Shown one piece after another: positions 11,276 to 22,100 of a DNA stretch of 39,568 nt. The translations under genes and the position numbers were made by a program. Origin of the DNA: Chiloscyllium plagiosum (Eukaryota); NCBI RefSeq assembly GCF_004010195.1, contig NW_025214133.1, forward strand, positions 1 to 39,568. Direction: 5' to 3'. The notes under the pieces are model-generated. The model worked only from the letters and a program-made list of their open reading frames with translations. It was not told where the DNA came from and searched no databases. Position 1 is the first letter of the stretch. The number at the start of each line of letters is the position of its first letter.

Positions 11276-13903
11276 GTTCCGGAATTCCACTCCTGAATTT
11301 CCATCCAAATAATTCTTAAATGTTAAATGATTGACACCAATCTCCAGAAAAGAATAAAGTAAACTATAAAATGAAGAAAGGGCAGAGCAGAGGAGATCGG
11401 GCTTGAAAAACCCAATATGCCGCCACCTTTTGGACATTTCCCGACTGCTCCGTCTTCAAAGAATAAATTTGGAGACTCAGAGAAATTTTGTCCAATTCCT
11501 GCAATGCTGTCCGTGAGATATAACAGAAGGAGATAAACATGCACATTGTTGTCCCAATGCTATCATTGAGTTGTTTCAGGAATTTCCCATACATTTTCAT
11601 AGAAATTTCGCAGAATGCATTAAAAAAAAACGAAAGTTAGCGTAAGTGTCAGAAAATTCATCTCAACCTCTTCCAAAGTGGTTGACTCACGGTGACCTTG
11701 GATACATTTGTACTGTTCTGTTCTACATACCTACTAGTACTTGACAGATATCGAGTCTGAGTTTACAAATCAATGCACTTTTCTGGTCTATATGGCTCCC
11801 TGTGTAAGTCCGATACTGAGTCATGTTTTTCTGATAAGTGCACCACTGCGGTCTTCATAGTTCCCTGTACTCGACAGAAATCTAATCCGCGTTTATACAT
11901 CAATGCACTTTTCTGGCCTGTATACCTTCCTGTGAAGGACCAATCCTGTTTTATTGAAGAATGCACTGCTATGGCCTTTCGAGCTTCCTATGGAGGACAG
12001 ATATTTAATCAGTGTTTAGAGATCAGTGCACTCCGTTGGTCTGAAGAGTTCCCTGTGCTGAAGGGATATCTAATCTGTGTTTATAGATCAATGCGCTTTT
12101 CTTCTCCGCACAGCGCCTGGTGCTGGACGGATATCTGGACTGGTTTTACAGACCAATGCATTGGCGTGGGCTTCATAGTTCTCCGTGCTGGACAGATATC
12201 AAGTCCAGGTTAATGGATCAATGCAGTGCTGAAGGCTGCATAGTTCCCTGTGCAGGACAGATATCTTGATCTGTGCATTGCTGTGGACTGCGAAGTTTCC
12301 TGAATGAGACGGGTATCTAGTCCGGGATTATAAATCAATGCACTGATCTAGTCTGCATAGCCACCCATGGTGGACAGATATCTAGTCCGGTGTTTTAGAT
12401 AAATAGCTCCCGTGCCAAAAACATACATCTTGGCTGAGGTTACAGATCAATCCACTGTTGTGGTCTGCATAGCTCTCCTTGCTGGACAGATATCCTATTG
12501 CGGTTTTCTGGATCAATGCACTTTTCTTGTCCGCATAGCTCTCCATATTGGACAGTTATCTAGTCTGAGTTTGTAGATCAATGAATTTCTGTGCTCTGCA
12601 TAGCTCGCAGGACTGTAAAGATGTCTACGAGGAGTTTATATATGAATGCAGCGCTGTGATTGGAATAGCTGCCACTGATGGATAGTTATCCACTCCTGAT
12701 TCATTGATCAATGCACTGTTGTCGTCTTCATAGCTCCCCGTGTTGGACAGATACCACGTCAGGGTTTATAGACCAATGCAATGTTGTGGTCTGCACAGTA
12801 CGTTGCGCTGGATAGAGATCAACATCGGGTTTATTGATCAATTTATTTATGTGTCTGTATAGCTCCCCGTGCTGAACAGATATCTAGTCTAACTGATCTG
12901 ACTCCATCGATCAATGCACTGCCTTCATCTGCATAGCTCCCAGTGTTGAGAATATATGTAGTCTGGGTTTATAGATCAATGCACTACTGTGATCAGCATA
13001 ATTCTCTGTGCTGGACAGATATCTAGTCCGGGTTTATTAATGAATGCACTGCTGTGGTCTGCCCAGCTCCCAGTACTGGATAGATATCTAGGCCGGGTTT
13101 GTAGATGAATGAACTTTTGTGGTCTGCATAGCTCCCCATGCAGGACGGATACCAAGTCCGGTGTTATAGATCAATGCAATTATGTGGTATGTGTAGCTCT
13201 CCGTGCTGAACAAATGTCTAGTTGTATAAATTAATGCACTCGAGTGGCCTGCATAGCGTTCGTTCTGGACAGATATCTAATCTAGGTTTTTTTTTATCAG
13301 TGCACTGCCGTTGTCTATCTAGCTTCCCGTGCTGGACAGATATCTCGTCCGTGTTTATTGATGAATGCACTGCTGTGGTCTGCATAGTCCCCTGTGCTGG
13401 ATAGGCATCTAGTCCAGGATTATGACTCAATGAACTGCTGTGGTCTGCATAGCTCCCCGTGAAGGACAGATACCGAGACAGGTTCTCGATATCTCATTCG
13501 GGTTTTTTGATCAATACACTGCTGTGTTGTGCACAGGTATGTGTAGTTGGACAGATGCACAATCAACGTTTAAAGATCAATACACTAGCGTGTGTTGCAC
13601 AGATGTGTGTGCTGGACAGATGTCCCGTCCAGGTTTACAGTTCAATGCACGTGGCGTGGTCTACACATCTCGCTGTACTGACTTTTATCTACTCCTTGGA
13701 TACAGATCAATGCACTACCATTGTCTGCATAGCTCCGTGTGCTACACAGATATGTAGTCGGGGGTTATAGATGAATGCATTAATGCTGTCTGCATAGCTC
13801 CCTGTCCTGGACAGATATCTACATATTTGCGAGTTTTGAGAAGATTTGAAGCTAAGGTTGACGTTCTGGATGTAGGCTTCCCCGCTGAGCTGGAAGATCG
13901 TTT

Positions 13904-13943
13904 CCAGAAGTTTCGTCACCGTAATAGGTAACATCTTCAGTGA
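13904..13943 (-). ncRNA. Minimal hammerhead ribozyme motif (stem III mutated)
   Basis: Minus strand: CA CTGAAGA T GTTACC-TATTAC-GGTGAC GAAA CTTC TG. Confidence 0.62.
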
Positions 13944-14426
13944 GCCTCCAGGCGACGCACTGCGGTTGATTCCTGCTTTCTATTTATATGTTTAGGCTTT
14001 CTTTGGGTTGGTGATGTCATTTCCTATGGTTCTGTCATTTCCTGTGGTGATATCATTTCCTGTTCTTTTTCTCAGGGTGTGGTAGGTAGGGTCTAACTCG
14101 ATGGCGTTGTTGATAGACATTTGGGTGAAATTCCATGTTTCTTGGAATGCTTGTGGATGTCTTGTTTTACTTGTCCTAGGATGGGTGTGTTGTCCCAGTC
14201 GAAGTGGTGTCCTTCCTTATCTGGATGGAAGGATACCAGTGAGAGAGGGTCATGCGGTTTTGTGACTAGCTGAACTCTATCGCCCAACACATCGAGTTAC
14301 ACCGCATCTACCACCCCTGAGAAAAAAGAACAGAAAATGACACCACAAGAAATGACATCACCAACCCAAAGAAAACCCAACCATAAACAAACAGCAGGAA
14401 TCAGCAGCAGTGCTTCAACTGGATGC

Positions 14427-14466
14427 CCACTGAAGCTGTTACAAAGGAGGGTGACGAAACGTCTGG
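14427..14466 (+). ncRNA. Minimal hammerhead ribozyme motif (core A9 mutated)
   Basis: CCA CTGAAGC T GTTAC-AAAGGAGG-GTGAC GAAA CGTC TGG; stem I CCA/TGG. Confidence 0.6.
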
Positions 14467-16029
14467 AAATTAACCTTCCAGATCAGCGAGAAAACCTACA
14501 ACTAGACATCTAGTTCGGCTTTATACATCAATGCCCTTCTGTGGTGTGCATATTTGCCTGTGATGAACAGATACCTAATGCTGATTTATAGATAAATGCA
14601 CTTCTGTGGTCTGCATAACTCCCCGCGCTGGACAGATTTCCATTCCCGTTTATGGATCAGTGCACTGCTATTGTTTGCATAGCTCCCTGTGCTGGGCAAG
14701 TATACACCTCCGGCTTTACAAATCAACGCGATGCTGTGAACTGCACAACTACCTGTGCTGGACAGATATCTAGTCTGGGTTTATATCTCAATGAACTGCT
14801 GTGGTCTGCATAGCTCTTGGTGCTGGACAGATATCTAGTCTGCATTTATAGATCAATATACGTTTGTGATCTACACAGCGTTGCACATTCGTCAGATTGC
14901 TTGGTTAGTCCGAGGAGAGGCTGTCCTCCATAGTCCTCCGTGCTGAACGGATATCTCCTCTGGGTTTAGGGTGTCGGGGATGGTTTGTGAGGTGAACTGA
15001 GGATGTGATGCAACTTACTATTTTATCAGATCTGGATATAGATTTTGTTCTCATTCTTTTGAACCCTCCATCTCTCACTCCATTAATGATGCTGTGTGAC
15101 CGTGTGCAAAGCATCATGCTGCTGAATACACACTGTCCTGGCAGCAGCCACAGCCTCTTCATGTAAACACAGTCAGCCATTCCCATGGGCTTTGGGTCTC
15201 CACGTAAAAGGAAAGGATGACCTGACGGACAAAGGCCGTCCCCTTGCTACAATATTCAAAACACCTTCCCCCTCGCAACTCCCCTCCGCAAACCATACGC
15301 ATCAAAGTATCCCGTGTGTACGGAGGGCAATGGGGGCACCTGGAATGCCAGGATGCAAACTATCAGGGACAATGAGCAACACTTCTGATGTCTGAACGGG
15401 TCAGAGTGAATCCTCCAGCACACAGACTGCATCGCTAAATCCTGTCAGATCTCTCCATTTATGTGTTATATAGCCTTTTCATATTGCTGAAGAAAATAAC
15501 AGGTTCAAGGTTACCCACGTTATATTCTAGCTATAATTGTTATTTAATGCTTATTCAATTAGAGATTCTCTACTTGCTCTTGCTAACTTCAGTTCATGCC
15601 TATCTTTGTTTGAATACATTTGTTCCATTTCTCGAAACAATTGATATGATTAGGAAATAGGTGAGGCGCCAGCGCTGGACACTGTGTCGCTGCAGTAGTT
15701 AACTTGCGTTAAACTGAGAAAGACTGAATATTCCTTAGTTTATGCCTGCTCCCGGCTCAGTAACCAGTCCTCACCTTATTCCTGTGTAGCAACTTTGAAA
15801 GGGAATTATTCCCTTCCATTTCCTGTGTAACAGGCATAAGAGATTAAAAAGATCTGCTTCAATTGCTGAGTAACAAACTCGAATGGCTAAATGTTTTTAT
15901 TCCGTTTCTGCTTAAAATACTTGATGGGCTGAATACCCTGCTTCAGTTTAGGTGTAATTGTGAATGGTGCTGATTATTTTGGAAATATCAATGAAGAGCC
16001 CAATTCTGACATTATGACGGAGGTAAGGC

Positions 16030-16750
16030 CATTGATTCTGCAGCTGCTGATAGCCTGCAGTGCCTCATGGATGCCCAGTTTGCATTTGCTCGTGTCTTTA
16101 GATGTATGTCCTTTTTCGAAGGAGAGTGCCACATAATACAGTGGGCGGTATATTCAATATGAGGAAAGGACTTCCCCGCCGCCAGGACTGTGTGCTGGGT
16201 GCTCCTAATGATACTGTTAGGGACAGATCAATCTGTGACAAGTAGTTTGGTGGCCATGTTTTCATCTTATTGGATCCCCCATCATTTCTCATTGTCTGGC
16301 TGTTGCATATTTCAGACTTTGCACTGTTTAGTCAGTGGTGGGCCTGTGGAGACTCTCTTGCTGATGGACATTGAAGTGCAACACCCAGAGTAAATTATAT
16401 GTCCTTGTCACCCTCAGTGATGCCTCTGATTTGTTTTCAACATCCGGGAAACTGATTCATCTCCGAGGGGAGGTGTGGAGGGCCCGACATGTTTACCAGC
16501 AGCATATTTCGTTGACCTTGTCTGACCTGTTAAAATGAGATATCCCCGGTTCTGGAATCCAGGTTTTGGATTCCAGGGTAACTCCATTCCTGATTGTATC
16601 CCAATGTGTTCCCGCCACTGGTGGGTATGTCCTGTCGGTGGGACAGAATGTACCCAGGAATGGTGATGGCAAGTTGGGAAGCGTTACCCATCCGATCCTT
16701 ATCCTTTCGGTATGGCAGTTTCAGACCGTTTCCTGACCAGTCAATACAAG
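16030..16750 (-). mobile_element. Decayed non-LTR retrotransposon APE-endonuclease fragment (possibly the same family as 4640-5480)
   Basis: Minus strand ~16620-16670 translates ITIPGYILSHRQDIPT. An SD(H)-like region (SIRSTQHTVL) lies at ~16183-16216. Boundaries approximate. Confidence 0.65.
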
Positions 16751-16789
16751 TAATAAAGGTAACAATGGAGTAGGAAATAATAGTTTAAA

Positions 16790-17030
16790 AAGCTGAATGA
16801 AAGGAGCTCTATCTGAATGTGAGTTGTATTCGCAAAACATGCTGAGTGAATCAATGTATATTTTGAGTAAAATGGATAATGGTATTAGAAAGACATGACT
16901 ACAGTGTGACTGATATTGGGAACTGAATATCTAGGACATTTTACAGCTGTGAATGTTAGAGATGAAAAGTAGGTGGGGGAAATAGCTTAATAAATTATTA
17001 CATCTACATAATCATTAAAGAGGATCTTAC
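16790..17030 (+). mobile_element. Decayed CR1 ORF2 N-terminal endonuclease remnant
   Basis: CTCTATCTGAATGTGAGTTGTATTCGC gives LYLNVSCIR (consensus LYLNARSIR). TGGGAACTGAATATC gives WELNI. A GGG.AL-like motif lies at ~16970-16990. Confidence 0.6.
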
Positions 17031-17547
17031 AAACAATGCCTGAGGTGTTATCTTTATCTTATTCATTTTTATGTTCACTGTGCCAGTTGAGTTACGTTTG
17101 GGAAGGGATTGCCACCGTGAGGCTGAGTGGGTCTCACCAAACTTAATAGGCGAAACAGCTTTACGAGTCTGTCACATTCTGTACTCGACATTTCCAGGAA
17201 CGTTCTTTTGCCAACATTTCCCGGAACATTGTGTACTGGGGATTCCTTGTAATAGATGAAAAGTAGGTGGGGGAAATAGCTTAATAAATTATTACATCTG
17301 CATAATCATTAAAGAGGATCTTACAAACAATGTCTGAGGTGTTATCTTTATCTTATTCATTTTTATGTTCACTGTGCCAGTTGAGTTACGTTTGAGAAGG
17401 GATTGCCACCGTGAGGCTGAGTGGGTCTCACCAAACTTAATAGGCGAAACAGCTTTACGAGTCTGTCACATTCTGTACTCGACATTTCCAGGAACGTTCT
17501 TTTGCCGACATTTCCCGGAACATTGTGTACTGGGGATTCCTTGTAAT
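16960..17547. repeat. Head-to-tail 294-bp tandem duplication (16960-17253, 17254-17547)
   Basis: Direct comparison shows four substitutions. The duplicate ORFs at 17071 and 17365 are offset by 294. Confidence 0.97.
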
Positions 17548-17720
17548 ATTCTACCACCGATATTCCGGGAAATTATATAACTGACATTCACAGGATCGTT
17601 CTACAAGTGCAATTCTCTGGAACATTCTATAACTACCATTCACTGGATATTCTATAACTGATATTCCCCGGAAATTTCTGTGTCAATTGTTACCTGTAAC
17701 ATCCTTGTCCAGACATTATT
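17468..17720. repeat. Highly degenerate ~25-bp tandem repeat (~GACATTCCCCGGAACATTCTATAACT)
   Basis: ACATT/ATATT..CCGGAA..ATTCT motifs recur about every 25 bp. The first units are also in the duplicated copy at 17174-17253. Confidence 0.6.
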
Positions 17721-18019
17721 TGTAAACGGTGAGACGGCTGTGAAATGAACACAAAATAAAATCCTGGGGGAAGAGATCCCAATCCAGGGAGAAGGCGATG
17801 CTGTTCTTATGATTGTGTGTTTGTGGAGGGAGCGTTACTTGTGTTTTAGGACACATTTTTGTCAGCCATTCAGACCTAACCATTTGTTTTTTCAGCTCCA
17901 GTTATTTCAATATATCTCTGAACACAGTGACACGCTTGAAAATCACACTGGCTCCCCAATCAAACTTGTCACTTTATCTAGAGGATGATACATCATGTGT
18001 TTGTTTTCCTTCCTCACAG

Positions 18020-18927
18020 TTAACATATTGACGCTCTACGTCCTACTTTATAAAGATTGTGGATTGTCTCCATGTGTCAGACGTTATCAAGGTGCCATGG
18101 CAGTGGCGGATCTACTGGTCATTATCCTCGACCTGATATTGAGGCACATTCCCATTGTTCATGACGAAGATTTTTATTTCCTGAAGTTTATCCCCGTGTG
18201 TAATATCCACGTCGTCTTGCTTTATGCAGCCACTGACTGTTGTGTCTGGTTCACTGTGGCATTCACCATTGATCGGTTTGTGGTCATTTGTTGCCAGAAG
18301 CTGAGAAGTAAATTTTGCAGTGAGAAAACGGCGGCTTTGGCTCTTGGAGCAGTGACTATGCTAAGCATTGTAAAGAACATTTTCTGGTACTTTCTACTCA
18401 CTCCACGGTATTGGCTGCAGAACACCAGGTGGTTTTGTGATGTAAAAGGATATGTTCGATACTCCCGAGTCTGGGTCGCAATCGAGTTCCTCCATCATAT
18501 TCTAACTCGGGCTCTCCCATTTCTTCTCATTCTGCTACTCAATGTATTCACCATCAGATACATTTTAGTGACCAGCAGAGCCCGCAGGATACTCCGTGTT
18601 CACACCAATGGGGACGCTCAGTATGACACCAAAATAAGAAATTGAAAAATATCCATAATTTTATTGTTTGTAATCTCGGCCAATTTCATCCTGCTATGGT
18701 CAACGTTAATGGTGCATTCTATATGGTACCGGATGTGGCATAGTGTGGAGATCGCTGTGTATCTACATCCCTTTGTGAGGGAATTGGGATTCATGTTGCA
18801 GCTCCTCAGTTGCTGCACAAACACCGCGATTTATGCCGTGACCCAGACTAAGTTCAGACAGCAGCTGAAGAATGTATTGAAACATCCCTGTACCCAAATT
18901 CATCAATCAATCAAATTCTCTCATTAA
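18020..18927 (+). pseudogene. GPR139/GPR142-like class A GPCR, main coding exon (end of TM1 to C-terminus), with one in-frame stop at 18643-18645
   Basis: Splice acceptor TTTTCCTTCCTCACAG ends at 18019. Translation: (V)NILTLYVL...CGLS...AMAVADLLVII (TM2)...DCCVWFTVAFTIDRFVVICC (TM3, DRF)...LPFLLILLLN (TM5)...KIRN*KISIILLFVISANFILLW (TM6)...LQLLSCCTNTAIYAVTQTKFR (TM7/H8). ORFs 17995-18645 and 18664-18927 share a frame. Confidence 0.88.
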
Positions 18928-19138
18928 TCAATCCGTCCTCATTTCATTCAATGTTTCTGCATGAACTCAGCCTGTCCCCAATGTAAAAACTGGGGGGTAG
19001 TGCAGGTTCGTACAAACTTATCCCACAAGTGTTTAAATTGACATATTTCAAGGTTTCTCTCAACTCAGAGCCTGTGAGAAAAGGCATCATCCTACAGACT
19101 GTATAAATCACTTCAATTTATAAACAACAAAAATACAC

Positions 19139-19144
19139 ATTAAA
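19139..19144 (+). promoter_or_regulatory. Candidate polyadenylation signal (ATTAAA) for the GPCR
   Basis: Hexamer ~210 bp after the terminal TAA, with a GT-rich element at ~19169-19181. Motif evidence only. Confidence 0.3.
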
Positions 19145-22100
19145 AAGTGCCAAGCAGCAGAGGGAACTCTGTTGTTGGTTGCCCTTGTATTGAAGAAGCA
19201 GTGCTGGAGACAGACAAACTCAGGCCCACGTCCCGGTCATCAGGGAGTGGAGGGGACCGGGGCCTGAGCTACGAAGTAGTGTTTAAGTTACTCTGTTCAT
19301 ACTTTCACCTCTAGGTCACACACTCCGACCTGGCCTCAGCAGAATTTATCTCTCTACCATGTTCCCCCATTTCCGTTCAACCACATCCGTCTCTCTCTCT
19401 CTCTGTCTCTATTTCTCTCCCCATAACTCATTCCCCCTTGCACCCCTTCTCCCTGTCACTGCCATTCTACCAGAGTGGCAAAGAGTGCGAGAGAGAATGA
19501 GAGAGAGAGAGATGAAGAGAGGGCCAGGGAGAGAGATCGTGGGGAGGGAGGGAGAGGCAAGGTCGAGAGAGAGAGGGTGCAGAATGAGAGGTGGAGAAAG
19601 AGAGGCAGGGGAGAGCGAGATAGAGGAAGGTGGGCGCATGGAGAGCGGGGAAATGGGGAGAGGGAGGGCGCAGAGTGTTGGAGAGTGGGGACTGGTGAGA
19701 GTGAGGGTGGAGCGAGAGACGAGGACAAGAGAGGAAGATGGGGAAAACGAAGGACGGGAAGATAGAGCGGTTTGGGGAGTGAAAAGGGAGATGGAGAAGG
19801 AGAGAGCTTAGGAGATGGAAAGAGAGTGTGGATTGGGAGGGAGAGAGAAGGACCGAAGAGATAAAGAGTTTTGCGATAGGGAGAATTGGCAGATAGAGAT
19901 GTGGGACAGAGGGAGCAGAGAAAGAGTTGGGGAGAGAGAGAGAGAGACGTGTTTGCGAAAGGGTTGCAAGAGAGAGGGTGGAGAGACAGGGGGAGAGTAG
20001 GGGTGAGATAGATGTGGGGTAGAGGCAGAGACAGGGAGAAGAGAGAGAGGGATGAGAGAGTGAGCTTGAGAGGGACAAACAAGACGGGAGAGACAGGAGG
20101 AAAGAGAGAGAGGTGTGGAGAGACAGAGGTGGAGATAGAGAGAGCGTATGTGGAGAGGGAGTGGGGAAGAGAGTGAGAAAGTGGCAGAGTGAGAGAGGGG
20201 GAAACTGCTTGATGAGAGTACAGGGAGCGAGAGCGAGAAAGGAATGGGGTTAAATCAGGCGGAGTGAGAGAGACAGAGAGACGGGGAGAGAATTAACACG
20301 AGGTGCAGATAGAGAGGGATGGAGGAAGAGAGGGAGAGCGAGTTAGTGGAGTGAAAGAGAGTGCAGGATGAAGAAAAAGAGTGGAGGATAAAGAGGGAGG
20401 TAGACTGGGAGGTGATGGACAATGACGGAGAGAGAGGGAGTTGTGTAGGCAGAGAGAGAGTGGAAGGGAATTGGAGAGTGGAAGAGAGAGTGATGGGCGG
20501 TTTCAAAAAGAATGACAGAGACAGGGAGTGGGATAGAGAGAAAAAGTGGGATGGGGAAGAGCAACAGAGAGTGTGGGACGCCGTTGGAGAAATAGAAAGA
20601 TATAATAGGTGGGGTATAGAAGAGAGTGTGAGTGGGTGGGGTAGAGAGACAGAAAGAGTGGGAGATGGTAGGGAGAGAGCGTGGCAGTGGCGTACAAAGA
20701 GAAAGTGGGAGGGGCATGGAGAGAGAAAGTGATGACTGAGGGAGAGATATAAGGAGGAATTTAGAGAGAGAAAGTGGAAGAGAGAGGAAGGTGAGGCGGA
20801 TAGAGAGAGTGGTTGGGGTAGAGTGAGGGGGAAGGGGTTAGAGACAGAAGAAGGGAGTAGGTCGAATTGGACGTTTTGAAGGCTGATACAGAGCGAGGGA
20901 TGGGGAGGGGGTTGCATAGAGAGAGAGAGAAGGGAGGTGGTAAAAGACAGGGAATAGGCTGAGACAGTGGAAGGGGAAAGAGAGAGAGAGGGTGAGGGTG
21001 AGTGGGGGAAGACAGCGAGAGAGTGTGAAGAAGGCAGATTGAGACAAAGGGAGTGCGATGGAGCAGCGAGGAGAGAGAGAGGCGGAGGTTGTTGGAGGAA
21101 GATTGAGCGTGAGTGGCAGTGTAGTATAGAGAGAGAAAATGAAAGTGGAGGCCAGTAGACAGATAATAACAGTGGGAGGTTGCACAGAGGAATTGGGAAG
21201 GCAGTCGAGGGAGAGAATGAGGTTTGCGTGAGAGATGTTCGGAGGGAGATAGAGACAGAGAGGGAACACAGAGACAGTAGGAGACGAGTAGAGAGAGAAC
21301 CGGAGGGCGTTTAGAAACCGAGAGTTGGAGGAGGTACAGAGAGTGAAATACCAAGGGATATTGGGTCGAGAGAGAAAGTAGTCATTGCAGAGACAGCGAG
21401 ATGGAGGGTGTAGAGGGAGTGGGAGTGGTGAGGAGATCGAAACTGAGGCATTGGGAAGAGAGAGAGTGCGGGGAGTGGAGAGGGTCGGGTGTGTAGAGTG
21501 AGAGAGTGTGTGGGAGGGAGTAGAGGGACAGTGTTGGAGGGGTTAGAGAGTGTGTGTGAGAGGGGAAGAGAGAGAGCGTGTGGGGGTATAACGAAAGAGA
21601 GGGAGAGAGAGAGTACATGATAGTGGTATAATGAGATTGAGAAAATGGCGGTGTGAAGTGAGAGAGGGAGAGGGAGAGGGGGAGGATGCGGAGAGAGAGT
21701 GGAAGTGGAATAAGGACACAGGGAATGATAGGTAGGGGAGAGAGAGGATGGTAGAGAGTGTGGGACGTCGTAGAGAGAGAGAGGGAGAGAGTGTGAGCGG
21801 GGGCGAGAGGGAGACATTTGGAGTGAGGTAGAGAGAGAGCAGGAGTAGACACGGAGAGAAGGGGAGAGGATAGAGAGAGAAAGTTGGGGAAGAGAGAGAG
21901 TGTGGTGATGGACAAAGTTGAAGGGGTAGAGGAGGAGACAGTGGGAGGGATAAGAGAGTGCGAGGTGTGTCAAGGAAGTGAAAGTGAGAGTGGAGGGAAG
22001 AGAGAGGGATAGAGAGCATCAGGGGTATAAAGAGATAGTGGGATGAGGGTAGTGAGCGATAGGTGGAGGTAGAGAGATTGTGCGACGGTGGTAAAGAGAG

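Larger units (their letters stand above)
13822..14503 (-). mobile_element. Truncated Penelope-like element: GIY-YIG C-terminal remnant between inverted terminal repeats
   Basis: Minus ORF 14093-14290 contains HPDKEGHHFDWDNTPILGQVKQ (PLE HxFDWxNxxIL motif). Arms ~13871-14090 and ~14300-14500 are reverse complements. Flanks AGATATCTA (13813-13821) and AGACATCTA (14504-14512) look like a TSD. Confidence 0.88.
11700..14968. repeat. 65-bp tandem satellite, ~40 diverged units, interrupted at 13822-14503
   Basis: Consensus ATCAATGCACTGCTGTGGTCTGCATAGCTCCCCGTGCTGGACAGATATCTAGTCCGGGTTTATAG. AT(C/G)AAT anchors at 12975, 13040, 13105 and 13170 give a period of 65. Confidence 0.95.

Noticed and set aside
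11700..14968. CRISPR-like or coding interpretation of the 65-bp array
   Set aside because: Units are homologous along their whole length with no unique spacers. There are no cas genes, the context is eukaryotic, and 65 is not divisible by 3.
18643..18645. TGA as selenocysteine or programmed readthrough
   Set aside because: The position is in a basic-residue motif rather than at a Cys. No SECIS was recognised and the context TGA-AAA is not the readthrough-prone TGA-CTAG.
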